From positions 1 to 64,000 of the forward strand of contig CAVVNQ010000006.1 in NCBI GenBank assembly GCA_963749705.1: a stretch of DNA of 64,000 nucleotides, given 5' to 3'. The stretch's first letter is position 1, and each line of letters begins with the position of its first letter. Origin of the DNA: an uncultured Chloroflexia bacterium (GTDB taxonomy: Bacteria > Chloroflexota > Limnocylindria > Limnocylindrales > CSP1-4). Made by a program: the position numbers and the translations under genes. This document shows positions 49,850-60,364 of the stretch, piece by piece. Under the pieces are notes generated by a model. That model did no database searches. It saw only the letters and a list, made by a program, of their open reading frames with translations, and was not told where the DNA came from.

Positions 49850-50682
49850 TCCACGCGCTCCAGGAGCTCTTCGCCGCCGTCACGCGACTCGACGACCTCT
49901 TCCCGGGTCGGGAACTTGTAGCCGCTGAAGATGCTCGACATCAGGCCGTTCTTCTCGATGTGATCGACCAGCACGCAGCTGTACACGTGGAACAGGGCGA
50001 TGGCGAGGATCGCCCACATCGCGAGGTGGTGGACCAGGCGCAGCAGCTGCGGACCCATCAGCTCGCGCAGCCAGCCGAACAGCGTCGCGCCGGGCTCCGA
50101 GCCCATCAGGCCATCGAGGGCAAACCCGGTCACGGTCTCGACCAGGAGGAGCGCGAACAACGCGACGTACGCGGTGGCAGCCAGCTGGTTGTGGCCGAGG
50201 ACCTTGGGGATCTCCTTGCGGATGAAGCCGTAGAACCCGGCCTGTCGGAACAGCTCCATCGCCTGGTAGCGCGAGGTCGGGATGAACGCCGACCAGCGCG
50301 CGAACCGGTTGCCCGCCAGCAGCCACCAGGTTCGGAGCAGGCCCGAGACGAGGAACGTGAACGCGGCAAGGATGTGGATCAAGCGGATCGTGGTCATCAC
50401 GCCCCCGCCCGGCGCGATCAGGAACGGATCTGCGATGTAGCCACCGGTCAGGCTGAGCACCACGATGCAGCCGGCGGTCAGCCAGTGCGTGAGCCGTACC
50501 GGCACCTGCCACACGTACAGCCGGACGCGCTCGTCCGGCCGGTCGATCGCATGGGCGAGGTCCCCGGCGGCCGACGGCGCCTCCGACTGGGCGGGCCGAG
50601 GCGCGGGAGACGGGACCGGCAGGACGGGCGGCGTCGGCCGAACCTCGACGCGACCCGGCAACGGCTTCTGGATGGTCGTCAT
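49846..50682 (-). CDS. hyaC: Ni/Fe-hydrogenase b-type cytochrome subunit
   Basis: VWQVPVRLTHW, RLIHI, GHNQLA and RLVHHLAMW..FHVY..SSIFSGYK. Confidence 0.9.
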   Translation of the reverse strand: MTTIQKPLPGRVEVRPTPPVLPVPSPAPRPAQSEAPSAAGDLAHAIDRPDERVRLYVWQVPVRLTHWLTAGCIVVLSLTGGYIADPFLIAPGGGVMTTIRLIHILAAFTFLVSGLLRTWWLLAGNRFARWSAFIPTSRYQAMELFRQAGFYGFIRKEIPKVLGHNQLAATAYVALFALLLVETVTGFALDGLMGSEPGATLFGWLRELMGPQLLRLVHHLAMWAILAIALFHVYSCVLVDHIEKNGLMSSIFSGYKFPTREEVVESRDGGEELLERVE

Positions 50683-52451
50683 CGGGCGGGCTCCGTACGG
50701 TTGACGCAGATCTCGATCGGGCCGCCGGCCCGCGGATCGAAGGCGTGGACCGCGCAGGCCACGCATGGATCGAACGAGTGGACCGTGCGCAGGATCTCGA
50801 GCGGCTGGCCCGGGTCGGCGACGCGGGTGCCCACCAGCGCCTGCTCGAGCGGGCCGCGGGTTCCGGTGTCATCGCGCGGGGAGGCGTTCCACGTGGTCGC
50901 GTCGACGATCTGGTAGTCGCCGATGACGCCGTCGTGGATCGAGACCCAGTGGCCCACGGCGCCCCGCGGCCCCTCGCCCAGCGACGAGCCCTCCGCCGAC
51001 GCCGGCCACGAGCCCGGATCCCACGATCCCCCATCGACCAGGGCGAGATCGCCGCTGGCGAAGTTGTCCTGCAGGTCGATCAGCCAGGCGCCGGCCTGTT
51101 TCGCCATGACCTTTGTCTCGACCGTCCTGGCGAGCATCCGACCGAGCGTGCTGAACAGCTCGGCCGGCTCCAACCCCAGCGTGGTCAGCGCCGTGTTCAT
51201 CGCGGCCCGGACGTCGATCTGGCCGTCGGCGTAGGCGACCGCCATCCGCGCCAGCGGGCCAACCTCCATCGGCTGCCCGTTGTAGCGCGGGGCCTTGAGC
51301 CAGCTGTACCTGGCCGCTCCCTCGAGCGAGGTCAGCGGAAGCGCAGGCCCGGAGTACGCAGGATCCGTTCGCCCGTTGACCGGTCGACGCGGTTCGCCAC
51401 TGTCGTCGTCCGCGTACCACGAGGCGGCCACGGATTCTGCAACCGAGCTCGCGTTCATCTCCGACAGCGACGCCAGGTTGCCCCCGAGGATCCGGCCCCT
51501 CGGCAGGTACAGCTTGCCGGTCTCGACGGCGGCACCCGGATAGTCGCCGAACGCCAGGTAGCTGCCCGACCCGACGCCGGTCTTGCCCCAGTCCGGATAC
51601 GCCTCCGCAAGCCGGAGCATGTCCGGCATCGCGACCCACGAGATGAACGTCTGGGCCTTGCTGATCAGATCGTTGATCAGGGTGAGTCCCGCGTCGCTCA
51701 GCGCCGACGGCGTGTTGCGGTCCGGCAGCTGGGGATGCTCGCCGGCGCGCCGGGCGGGCGGCCCGCCCCAGGGCGGCGTGAGCGAGACGCCGCCGACGAG
51801 ATACGACTGCGGATGCGGATCGCGACCGCCCAGCAGCGTGTGGATGCGCATGAAGTCGCGCTGCCAGTCGAGCGCCTCGATCGCATGTGCCAGCAGGACC
51901 AGGCTCAGCTCCGGCGACAGCCGGTAGCCCGGGTGACCCGCGAACGACGCCCCGAACGGGCCAGCCTGCCCGGACGAGGTCGACGCGGCAAGCCGGTCAC
52001 GGACACCGGCGAAGTACGACGGGCTGGACTTCGGCCAGTCGCTCATCGAGCGTGCAAGCGCCGAGGCTGCCTCGGGGTCCGCGCCCAGCGCGACCGTCGT
52101 GTCGGCCCAGTCCGGGAGCTGGGCGAGGTAGAACCGGACGATGTGGTCGCGAACCGCGAGCGTGGCCGCGAGGATGTTGCGCACCAGCCGGGCGTTGTCC
52201 GGGATCGTGATGCCCAGCGCGTCCTCCACCGCCCGCACCGATGCCAGGGCGTGGACACCCGTGCAGGTGCCGCACACGCGGTCGGCGATCATCCAGGCAT
52301 CCCTGGGATCCCGTCCCCGGAGGACCAGCTCAAGGCCCCGGAACATGGTCCCGGCGCTCCACGCATCGCGGACCTCGCCGCCGACGACGTCAGCCTCGAT
52401 CCGCAGGTGGCCGCCGACGCGGGTGACCGGGTCGATGGCGATGCGGGCCAT
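50679..52451 (-). CDS. hyaB: Group 1 [NiFe]-hydrogenase large subunit (divergent)
   Basis: L1 RVCGTC and L2 SFDPCVACAVH followed by a cleavable tail; also YSWLKAPRY and EGPRGAVGHW. Confidence 0.9.
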   Translation of the reverse strand: MARIAIDPVTRVGGHLRIEADVVGGEVRDAWSAGTMFRGLELVLRGRDPRDAWMIADRVCGTCTGVHALASVRAVEDALGITIPDNARLVRNILAATLAVRDHIVRFYLAQLPDWADTTVALGADPEAASALARSMSDWPKSSPSYFAGVRDRLAASTSSGQAGPFGASFAGHPGYRLSPELSLVLLAHAIEALDWQRDFMRIHTLLGGRDPHPQSYLVGGVSLTPPWGGPPARRAGEHPQLPDRNTPSALSDAGLTLINDLISKAQTFISWVAMPDMLRLAEAYPDWGKTGVGSGSYLAFGDYPGAAVETGKLYLPRGRILGGNLASLSEMNASSVAESVAASWYADDDSGEPRRPVNGRTDPAYSGPALPLTSLEGAARYSWLKAPRYNGQPMEVGPLARMAVAYADGQIDVRAAMNTALTTLGLEPAELFSTLGRMLARTVETKVMAKQAGAWLIDLQDNFASGDLALVDGGSWDPGSWPASAEGSSLGEGPRGAVGHWVSIHDGVIGDYQIVDATTWNASPRDDTGTRGPLEQALVGTRVADPGQPLEILRTVHSFDPCVACAVHAFDPRAGGPIEICVNRTEPAR

Positions 52452-52452
52452 G

Positions 52453-53742
52453 TCAGCGCACCCCCGGATCGTCGCCGGCAGGCGGGGCGGGTCGCTCGTC
52501 CATCGGGACATCGGTCGATGCGGCGTGCTCAGGTGCGCTCGCGGCGGACGCGCCGGGCCCCGCGGCCTCGGGCGGCGGCGTGATGGTCGTGCCGGTCGAT
52601 GGCGGGACGGCGACCGGCGTCGCCTCGGCGGCGGCAGCGGCGGCAGCCGCTTCCGCGGCTCGTCTCTCCGCTCGCGCGCCGAGACGCGTGCGCGCGTACA
52701 TCCCGACACCGTGGGCGGCCGCCACGGCGCCGATGCCGCCGACGAGCGCCGTGCCGACCCCGTCCGCGGTCACGTTGGGGAAGAACGGCACGGGCGACGG
52801 GAGGCGCCGGTAGAACGGGCTCATCGCGTCCCAGAAGTCCGGCATCGTGCACCCGATGCAGCCGTGGCCGGCGTGGATCGGCCAGCTCGTGCCCTGGGCG
52901 AACCGCTGGGTCGCGCAGTTGCCGAACGACTCGGGTCCCTTGCAGCCCATCTTGTACAGGCACCAGCCCTTCTGGGCACCCTCGTCGCCCCACGCCTGCA
53001 CGAACTCGCCGAACTCGAAGTGCGGCCGGCGCTCGCACTCGTTGTGGATCAATGGGCCGTAGGCGAACAGCGGTCGACCCCGTCCGTCGGTCGCCGGCCA
53101 CTCGCCGAGGGTCAGGTAGTGGACGATCGTCGCGGCCAGGTTGTCGACGTTGAGCGGACAGCCCGGGAGCGCGATGTAGGCGCCGCCGCCCGACGTGATC
53201 TCGCGCACGCCGCGGGCGTCCGTGATGCCGCCGCCCGCGCCCGGAGCCCCACCGTCGAACGCACAGGCGCCGACGGCGATCGTGGCCAGCGCCCCGTCGC
53301 ACACCTCGCGCACGATGTCGGCGAACGGACGCCCGCCCACCATGCAGTACGCGCCGCCGGCCCCGGTCGGGATCGATCCCTCGACCACGGCCAGGTAGCC
53401 GTTCGGGAAGCGGTCCATCGCGTTGGTGCGCGCCAGCTCGGCGGCGGCACCCGACGGAGCCATCAGCGTCTCGTGGTACTCGACGGACAACAGGTCGAGC
53501 AGGAGCGATGCTGCCGTCGGGTCGGCCGCGCGGAGGAACGCCTCCGTCTCGCCGCCACAGTCCTGGCCGCGCAGCCAGATCACGGGCAGGCGCGGCGCGT
53601 TGGCGACGGCCTCCGCGATCCGGGGCGCGTACGTGGCCGGCAGCGCGAGGGCAGCCGCCATCGCGGTCGAGAACTTGAGGAATGAGCGCCGGGTCATCCC
53701 ACGCCGGACCAGCGCGGCGTAGAGCCCGTCGTCAATCATCAC
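52453..53742 (-). CDS. hyaA: Group 1 [NiFe]-hydrogenase small subunit (Tat signal, C-terminal TM anchor)
   Basis: TRRSFLK, LPGCP, HNECERR, WCLYKMGCKGP and WPIHAGHGCIGC. Confidence 0.9.
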   Translation of the reverse strand: MMIDDGLYAALVRRGMTRRSFLKFSTAMAAALALPATYAPRIAEAVANAPRLPVIWLRGQDCGGETEAFLRAADPTAASLLLDLLSVEYHETLMAPSGAAAELARTNAMDRFPNGYLAVVEGSIPTGAGGAYCMVGGRPFADIVREVCDGALATIAVGACAFDGGAPGAGGGITDARGVREITSGGGAYIALPGCPLNVDNLAATIVHYLTLGEWPATDGRGRPLFAYGPLIHNECERRPHFEFGEFVQAWGDEGAQKGWCLYKMGCKGPESFGNCATQRFAQGTSWPIHAGHGCIGCTMPDFWDAMSPFYRRLPSPVPFFPNVTADGVGTALVGGIGAVAAAHGVGMYARTRLGARAERRAAEAAAAAAAAEATPVAVPPSTGTTITPPPEAAGPGASAASAPEHAASTDVPMDERPAPPAGDDPGVR

Positions 53743-54267
53743 GTCAAACTCGCTCGTTCGCCGTGGCGGGCGGGTGCCGGAGGCCCCACATCGGCCACAG
53801 CATGATCACGGGACGCCGGTACCGATGATGGAAGACACGGGGCCCGGATGGGCGTGCCACTGGTCGCCGTCCGGCCCTGCCAAGGGCATGGTTCGAAGGC
53901 CCGGATGGCCACGGGCGGCGGGTCGGACGGCAGGGTCCGGCCCGACGCCGGGGGTTCGCGACACGATCCCCGGGGGTTTCAAAAGCGTGACGATTTGCGG
54001 CTCCTGGTCGGCGGCCGGCCGGGCGAGCCAGCCGAGCGAGCCAGCCGCCTGCCGATCGGGGCGAGCAACCCGCAGGAGCGCCCGGGCTCGCCCGTCACCC
54101 GCGGCGGGCCGTGTTTCGCGCGGTCCGCAGGGGGACGGGTGCCGCGCCTGCCGCGTCCATGCAAGGTCGCCCCATCGCCATGGTCGTCGTCGCGGGGCTA
54201 GCATCCACGGACAACCGACCGCGTCCCCGCGGCCAGTCCACCATCGGCGAAATGGAGGAGGGCACTC

Positions 54268-57200
54268 ATGCCGAACGCGCGGCTTGCCCACAGGCGCGCG
54301 GCGATTCTCGCCGTCGCGGCAGCTCTGGTAGCGGGATCGGCAGGTGCGGCCCTGCCCACTCCGGCCGCTGCCGCATCACCCGACGTCGTCATCAGCCAGG
54401 TCTACGGCGGTGGCGGCAACAGCGGCGCCACGTACACCAACGACTTCGTGGAGCTGTTCAACCGCGGGACCTCGACGGTCTCCGTGGACGGCTGGTCCGT
54501 GCAGTACACGTCGGCGACGGGGACCGGCAACTTCGGTGCCAACACCGGCCAGATCACCCCGCTCGCCGGCTCGATCGCGCCCGGCCAGTACCTCCTCGTC
54601 CAGGAGGCCCAGGGGTCCGGTGGGACGACCTCGCTCCCGACACCCGACGTCACCGACGCGACGGCGATCAACATGTCCGGCAGCTCGGGCAAGGTCGCGC
54701 TTGTCAACACGGACGCGTCGCTCGGCTGCAACGGCGGCAGCAATCCCTGCGACGCGTCGCAGCTCGCCCAGATCGTCGACCTCGTCGGCTGGGGCAGCGC
54801 GAACTTCTTCGAGGGCTCGGCCGCCGCACCGGGAACCTCGAACACCACCGCCGTCCTGCGCGCGAGCGGCGGCTGCACCGACACCGATGACAACAGCGCC
54901 GACTTCACGGCGGACGCCCCGACGCCGCGCAGCTCGGCCTCGCCGCTTCACAGCTGCACGGGTCCGACGGACCCGAGCGGCGTCGGCACCGCGACGCCGA
55001 ACAGCCTGTTCGCCGGCAATTCGACGCTGCTGACGGTCGATGTGACGCCGGGCGCGAACCCGGCCAGCACCGGCCTGGCCGTCACCTGCGACCTGACCGC
55101 GATCGGCGGCTCCGCGACCCAGTCGCTGGTCGACGACGGCACCGGTGGTGACGCTGTGGCCGGCGATCTGACGTTCTCGTTCGAGGCTTCGCTCGCCAAT
55201 GACACGGCCGGCGGGGAGCTCAGCCTCCCGTGCACGGTCACCGACGCCCAGTCGCGCACCGGCAGCGCGACGATCGCGATCACGGTCCTGGAGATCCTTC
55301 CGATCGGGACCGTCAATGGTCCGGTCCTGAACGGCGACAGCGGGACCGCGCACGTGTCGCCATACGCCGGAAAGACCGTGACCGTCCAGGGCGTGATCTA
55401 CGAGAACACCCTGCAGGCGATCAGCAACTCCTCGAACACCTACAAGGGCTTCTTTCTCCAGAACACCGCCGCGACGGCCGACGGCGACGCGACGACGTCC
55501 GACGGGCTGTTCGCGTTCATGGGCACGTTCGGCGACATCTTCGACTCGAGCGGCGGCTTCTACGTTCCCCAGGTCGGTGACGAGGTCGTCGTGTCGGGCC
55601 GTGTCAGCGAGTACTACAACATGACCGAGCTTGGCAGCCTGCGGCTGATCAAGGTCGTGCGCCAGCGACGTTTCCATCGACGCCGAGATCCCGGCCGCGG
55701 TCGCGAACCCACCGGTCTCGCTCGCCGACGCCAACCGCTACTGGGAGCGCCTCCAGGGCAGCCGGGTGCAGGTCCCCGCGGGCAGCATCGTGCTCGGCGG
55801 CCGCAACGTGTTCAACCCGGCCGATGCCGAGATCTGGGTCGCACGATCCGACAGCACGATCGCGCAGCGCCCCAAGCTCTACTGGCGCCGCGCCTTCCGC
55901 GACGCCCATCCGCTCGATGACAACTACGACCCGACCAGCTGGGACGGCAACGGGTACCGGATCCTGATGGGCAGCCTGGGTATCAAGGCGGCCGAGGCCG
56001 ACGGCCAGGCGCTGATCGACCCGGCTCGGACGTTCGACACGCTCACCAGCGCGCCGTCCGGCGGGCTCAACTACACCTTCGGCAAGTACCGGGTCGAGAT
56101 CACCGAGCAGCCCGTGCTCAGTGAGGGCGTCGACCCATCGGCCGACAACCCGCCGCAGGCCTTCGATCGAAGCCTGCGCTACAGCATCGCCGACTACAAC
56201 CTCGAGAACCTGTACGACTACCGCGACGACCCGTTCTCCGGCTGCGACTTCACCGGTGACAGCGGGTGCCCCAAGGTCTACCCGTTCCTCGGACCGGTGA
56301 GCGCGCCGTTTGACTACGTGCCGGCCAGCGACGCCGCGTACCAGGCGCGGCTGGGCGACATCGCGCACCAGGTCATCACCGACCTCCACAGCCCGGACAT
56401 CCTGATGGTCCAGGAGGTGGAGAACCAGGACATCTGCACCGTGGCTGCGGGCGCGCTCGCCTGCGGCACGACCAACAACGCGGACGGCAAGCCCGACGTG
56501 CTCCAGGAGCTCGCGCTCCGGATCAGTGCCATGGGCGGCCCCGCCTACGATGCCGCGTTCGACCGCGACAGCTCGGACCTGCGGGGCATCGCGCCGGCGT
56601 TCCTCTACCGCACCGACCGGGTCGAGCTCCTGCCACCGGCGGGTGACCCGGTCCTGGGCGCCGACCCCGCGATCGGCGGCTTCACGTCGGTCCCGTACGA
56701 CGCAGACGTGTCCAACCCCAAGACCCTCAACGCCGAGCTGCCGGCCGGTGTCTCCGCGTGCGAGACCGCGTGGGTCTTCCCGCGCGCGCCCGGCGTCGCC
56801 CTGTTCCGGATCCACGGCACCGGGCTCGACGCCGATCTCCACCAGGACGTGTACGTGGTCAACAACCACTTCAAGAGCGGGCCGGACTCGTGCGTCGACC
56901 ACCGCACCGAGCAGGCCAGCTACAACGCGGCGCTGGTGGCCTTCCTCGAGCATGCCAACCCGAACGCCCGGGTCGTCGTCGGCGGCGACCTGAACGTCTA
57001 TCCGCGACCGGACGACCCGTTCGCGCCCATCGGACAGGCCGGCTCGAGCGACCAGCTCGGCGCCCTCTACGACCCGGGTCTCGGGCTGAAGAACCTGTGG
57101 GAGGTCCTGCTCGGCCAGGCCCCCGCGTCCGCCTACTCCTACGTCTACCAGGGGATGGCGCAGACCCTCGACCAGATGTTCGTGACCCCCGCGATGCTCG

Positions 57201-57655
57201 CGAACCTCGACCAGTTCCGCATCGCCCACATCAACAGCGACTTCCCCGCCGACTACACGGGCGACGTCGCGCGCGGAACCAGCGACCATGATCCGGGCGT
57301 CGCCACATTCGTGGTCCCGTTCCCGTTCAGCGGGTTCGGACCTCCGGTCGAGCCCGCGCCGGCGTTCAACGTCGCCAAGGCGGGCCGGACCGTGCCCGTG
57401 AAGTTCAGCCTCGGCGGCGACCGAGGGCCGGACATCTTCGCCAGCGGGCCGACGGCGACGCCGATCTCGTGCGCGGATGGAACGCCGACCGGCGCCGCCG
57501 TGGCCGCAATGGGCAGCCTCCGGTATGACCGGGTCGCCGACCAGTACGTCTACACGTGGAGGACCGACAGGTCATGGGCCGGCACCTGTGAACAGCTGAG
57601 CTTCACGCTCGTCGACGGGACGTCGCACGAGGCCTGGTTCGACTTCCGGAAATAG
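54268..57655 (+). CDS. Secreted ExeM/NucH-like nuclease: lamin-tail domain, OB-fold, EEP catalytic domain, C-terminal PxKF-type domain (frameshift ~55665)
   Basis: VVISQVYGGGGN..NDFVELFN; YNLENL, QEVEN, NNHFKS, GGDLN, LDQMF, SDHDP; GRTVPVKFSL. Confidence 0.85.
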
Positions 57656-57715
57656 CGCGTCGTCGCACGACGACCGTCCATCCTGGGCCCCGGCACCGCC
57701 GGGGCCCTTCGGCGT

Positions 57716-58003
57716 CTAGCCCCGCAGGGCGCCCGCGCCGTGGAACACGACGAGCGTCTCCCGGCGGCTCCCCGAGCCGACCTGTTGGTCGGCAACCACG
57801 GCGTGACCGGACAACGTTCGACCGCCGGCGGTTCGGCCGGTGAGCTCGCCGTCGGCCACGGCCGGGCATGCGCGCGTCAGCACGCGAGCGACCCATTGCG
57901 GCTGACCCTGGGGGTCGTTCCAGCAGTCCATGGTCGCGCTGGGCAGCGGGACCCCGGCGAAGGTCACGTCAAGGAGGGCAAAGCGCTCGTGTTTCAGGGC
58001 CAC
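57716..58003 (-). CDS. Hypothetical protein (95 aa)
   Basis: Non-shadow composition, with a TACTGT -10-like hexamer 6 nt upstream of the GTG. Confidence 0.5.
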   Translation of the reverse strand: MALKHERFALLDVTFAGVPLPSATMDCWNDPQGQPQWVARVLTRACPAVADGELTGRTAGGRTLSGHAVVADQQVGSGSRRETLVVFHGAGALRG

Positions 58004-58039
58004 GTGCCAACAGTACTCCCGGTTGCGCCCGAATCGAAG

Positions 58040-58061
58040 AACCCCTCCGCCCGGAGGGGTT
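58040..58061 (-). terminator. Hairpin terminator downstream of tRNA-Lys
   Basis: AACCCCTCCG-CC-CGGAGGGGTT is a perfect inverted repeat. Confidence 0.6.
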
Positions 58062-58083
58062 GGTTCGTGGATGCGACCGGGGT

Positions 58084-58158
58084 TGGTGAGCGCGCAGGGA
58101 TTCGAACCCTGAACCTAGTGATTAAGAGTCACTTGCTCTACCGTTGAGCTACGCGCCC
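58084..58158 (-). tRNA. tRNA-Lys (anticodon CTT)
   Basis: GGGCGCGTAGCTCAACGGTAGAGCAAGTGACTCTTAATCACTAGGTTCAGGGTTCGAATCCCTGCGCGCTCACCA folds as a cloverleaf with loop CUCUUAA and an encoded CCA. Confidence 0.95.
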
Positions 58159-58394
58159 GGACCGGCGGAAGGATAGCGCAAGTCCCCCGCCCAGCGCGAT
58201 GGCGGCGGTGCCGCACCAACCCGGGCCGCTGACGCCCACCACGCATCAATTCTCGACGACGCGCGTCGGTTCGATCCCTCCCGGGCATCGTCGCGACGAG
58301 TTGAGGGACCGAATCGGTCGACCTGATGTCCACCAGGCGCCGAGCGGACGTCACCCGGCCAATGTTGATGCCGCCGGGGCATCACCTCGGTCGC

Positions 58395-59903
58395 TCAGCC
58401 CGGCTGGTTGTCGATCTGCGCGCGCTGCAGCCGGCCGCTGAAGTCGACGTACACGGCCTTCCACTCCGTGAACGTGTCGAGCGCCACGTGGCCCGCCTCG
58501 CGGTGGCCGTTCCCGGTGTTCTTCCAGCCACCGAACGGCAGGTGGGTCTCGGCGCCCGTCGTGCCGGCATTGACGTACACGATCCCGGTCTCGAAGTCGC
58601 GCATCGCGCGGAAGGCGAGGTTCACGTCGCGGGTGTACACCGATGCCGACAGCCCGTACCGAACCTGGTTGGCGGCCGTCATCGCCTCGTCGTAGCCGTC
58701 GACCGGCACGACCGAGAGCACGGGGCCGAAGATCTCCTCCTGGGCGATGGTTGCCATCGGGGCGACGCCGTGGAAGATGGTCGGCTGGAAGAAGTGGCCA
58801 TGGTCCAGTTCGGCGCCGGTCGCACGCGCGCCACCGGTGACCAGCTCGCCCTCCCGGTTGCCGATGGCGACGTAGCGCTCGACCTTCTCGGAGGCTGCGG
58901 CGTTGACGAGGGGCCCGACATCGACCGTCTCATCGAGCCCGGAGCCCAGGCGGAGCGCCCTCGTCCTCGTCTCGAGGCGCGCCACCAGGTCGTCGGCGAC
59001 GGCCCGGTCCACGATCACCCGCGAGCACGCGGTGCACCGCTGGCCCGTCGTCCCGAACGCCGACCACAGGATCCCGTCGACCGCGAGGTCGAGGTCCGCA
59101 TCCCGCAGCACGACGACGGCGTTCTTGCCGCCCAGCTCGAGGCTGAGGCGCTTGAGCCGCCGGCCCGCTCGTTCCGCGATCGTCCGGCCCGTCGAGGAGG
59201 AGCCGGTGAACGAGATCACCTCGATGTCCGGATCGTCCACGATCGGGTCGCCGACGTCCGCGCCCGACCCGGTGACCAGGTTGACGACGCCCGGCGGGAA
59301 CCCGGCCTCATCCATCAGCTCGACCAGGAGCGTCGCGCAGTGGGGCGCATCGCTCGAGGGTTTGAACACGACGGCGTTGCCGGCGACGAGCGCGGGCATC
59401 ATCTTCCAGCACGGGATCGCGATCGGGAAGTTCCAGGGCGTGATGATCCCGGCGATCCCGATCGGCTGGCGGATGCTCATCGCCCACTTGTCGGGCAGCT
59501 CCGAGGGGACCGTGTCGCCGAACATCCGGCGACCCTCGCCCGCCATCAGGAACGCGATGTCGATCCCTTCCTGGACGTCTCCCCGAGCCTCGGCCAGGAC
59601 CTTGCCCATCTCGCGGGTCATCGCCCGGGCGAGCCGCTCCTTGTGCTCCGCCATGAGCGCGCCGAAGCGGTACAGCAGCTCCCCGCGCTTGGGGGCGGGC
59701 GTCGCCTTCCATGCCGGCAGCGCCATGTCGGCCGCGCGGACCGCCATCGCCACGTCGGCCGGCGTGCCCGCCTGAAAGCGCCCGACGACATCTCGCGTGT
59801 CGGCGGGGTTGACGCTCTCGAACGTCTCGCCGGACACGCCATCGACCCAGCGGCCGGCGATGAACAGGCGAAAGGTGTCGGTGGTTGCGGCTGCCTCGGG
59901 CAT
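58395..59903 (-). CDS. Aldehyde dehydrogenase family protein
   Basis: ITPWNFP, FTGSS, LELGGKN, GQRCTA and QEEIFGPV. Confidence 0.93.
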   Translation of the reverse strand: MPEAAATTDTFRLFIAGRWVDGVSGETFESVNPADTRDVVGRFQAGTPADVAMAVRAADMALPAWKATPAPKRGELLYRFGALMAEHKERLARAMTREMGKVLAEARGDVQEGIDIAFLMAGEGRRMFGDTVPSELPDKWAMSIRQPIGIAGIITPWNFPIAIPCWKMMPALVAGNAVVFKPSSDAPHCATLLVELMDEAGFPPGVVNLVTGSGADVGDPIVDDPDIEVISFTGSSSTGRTIAERAGRRLKRLSLELGGKNAVVVLRDADLDLAVDGILWSAFGTTGQRCTACSRVIVDRAVADDLVARLETRTRALRLGSGLDETVDVGPLVNAAASEKVERYVAIGNREGELVTGGARATGAELDHGHFFQPTIFHGVAPMATIAQEEIFGPVLSVVPVDGYDEAMTAANQVRYGLSASVYTRDVNLAFRAMRDFETGIVYVNAGTTGAETHLPFGGWKNTGNGHREAGHVALDTFTEWKAVYVDFSGRLQRAQIDNQPG

Positions 59904-60068
59904 CGGGGTCCTCGGGCTGGTGGTCGGCGGATGGGTTGATCGTCAGCGGTGCAGGCGCGCTTCGTCAATGACGGCGTTGCAGGGGGTGGGTCCACGCGGC
60001 CGGGGTCGGATCCCTGGTTCGACAGCGCTGCCCTCGTGATCGAGAATCGGCGTCAGGAGGACGTGCGC

Positions 60069-60299
60069 GTGGCCCTGGAAGTCGAGGCGATCAACCCCAT
60101 CCGGATCGGCGCGTTCCCCCCGAACCTGCTCTACGTGTTCGTGCGCTGGGAGGTGACCTGCGCGTTCTGCCGCACGCGCTTCCGTCGCTGGGCCCTGGAG
60201 CTGTTCTTCGGCTCGCGACTGAGCTGGGTCGGCTGTCCGGCGTGCGGGACGCACAACCTGCTGCCCCACCACCCGAAGCTGCGCGACCGGGGGTCGTGA
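60069..60299 (+). CDS. Small zinc-ribbon-like protein (2x CxxC)
   Basis: AGGAGG RBS before GTG 60069; CAFC...CPACGTHN. Confidence 0.5.
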   Translation: MALEVEAINPIRIGAFPPNLLYVFVRWEVTCAFCRTRFRRWALELFFGSRLSWVGCPACGTHNLLPHHPKLRDRGS

Positions 60300-60364
60300 C
60301 CTTCGTTCGGGCGGGGTCATTCCCTCGTGCCTCGCCGTCGCCGTCGCCGTCGCCGGCGCCCAGG

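Noticed and set aside
53760-54260. Riboswitch or ncRNA in the hydrogenase/nuclease divergent intergenic region
   Set aside because: GC-rich hairpins are possible, but I could not match any known motif by eye. An Rfam scan would be needed.
1029-57655. Multiple split genes (coxL, xdhC, moeA-like, HTH-nuclease 1, pfkB-like, membrane protein, nuclease) as pseudogenes or programmed frameshifts
   Set aside because: The breaks I traced are single extra bases, often in short G/C runs (for example ATC GGG CTC G at ~1607 and GCG GGC AAT at ~19757), spread across unrelated genes, with no in-frame stops or decay. Long-read consensus error is the simplest explanation. Read polishing is needed to confirm.
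58084-58158. tRNA-Lys as an integration site for a genomic island
   Set aside because: I saw no integrase and no duplicated tRNA 3' end in the window.
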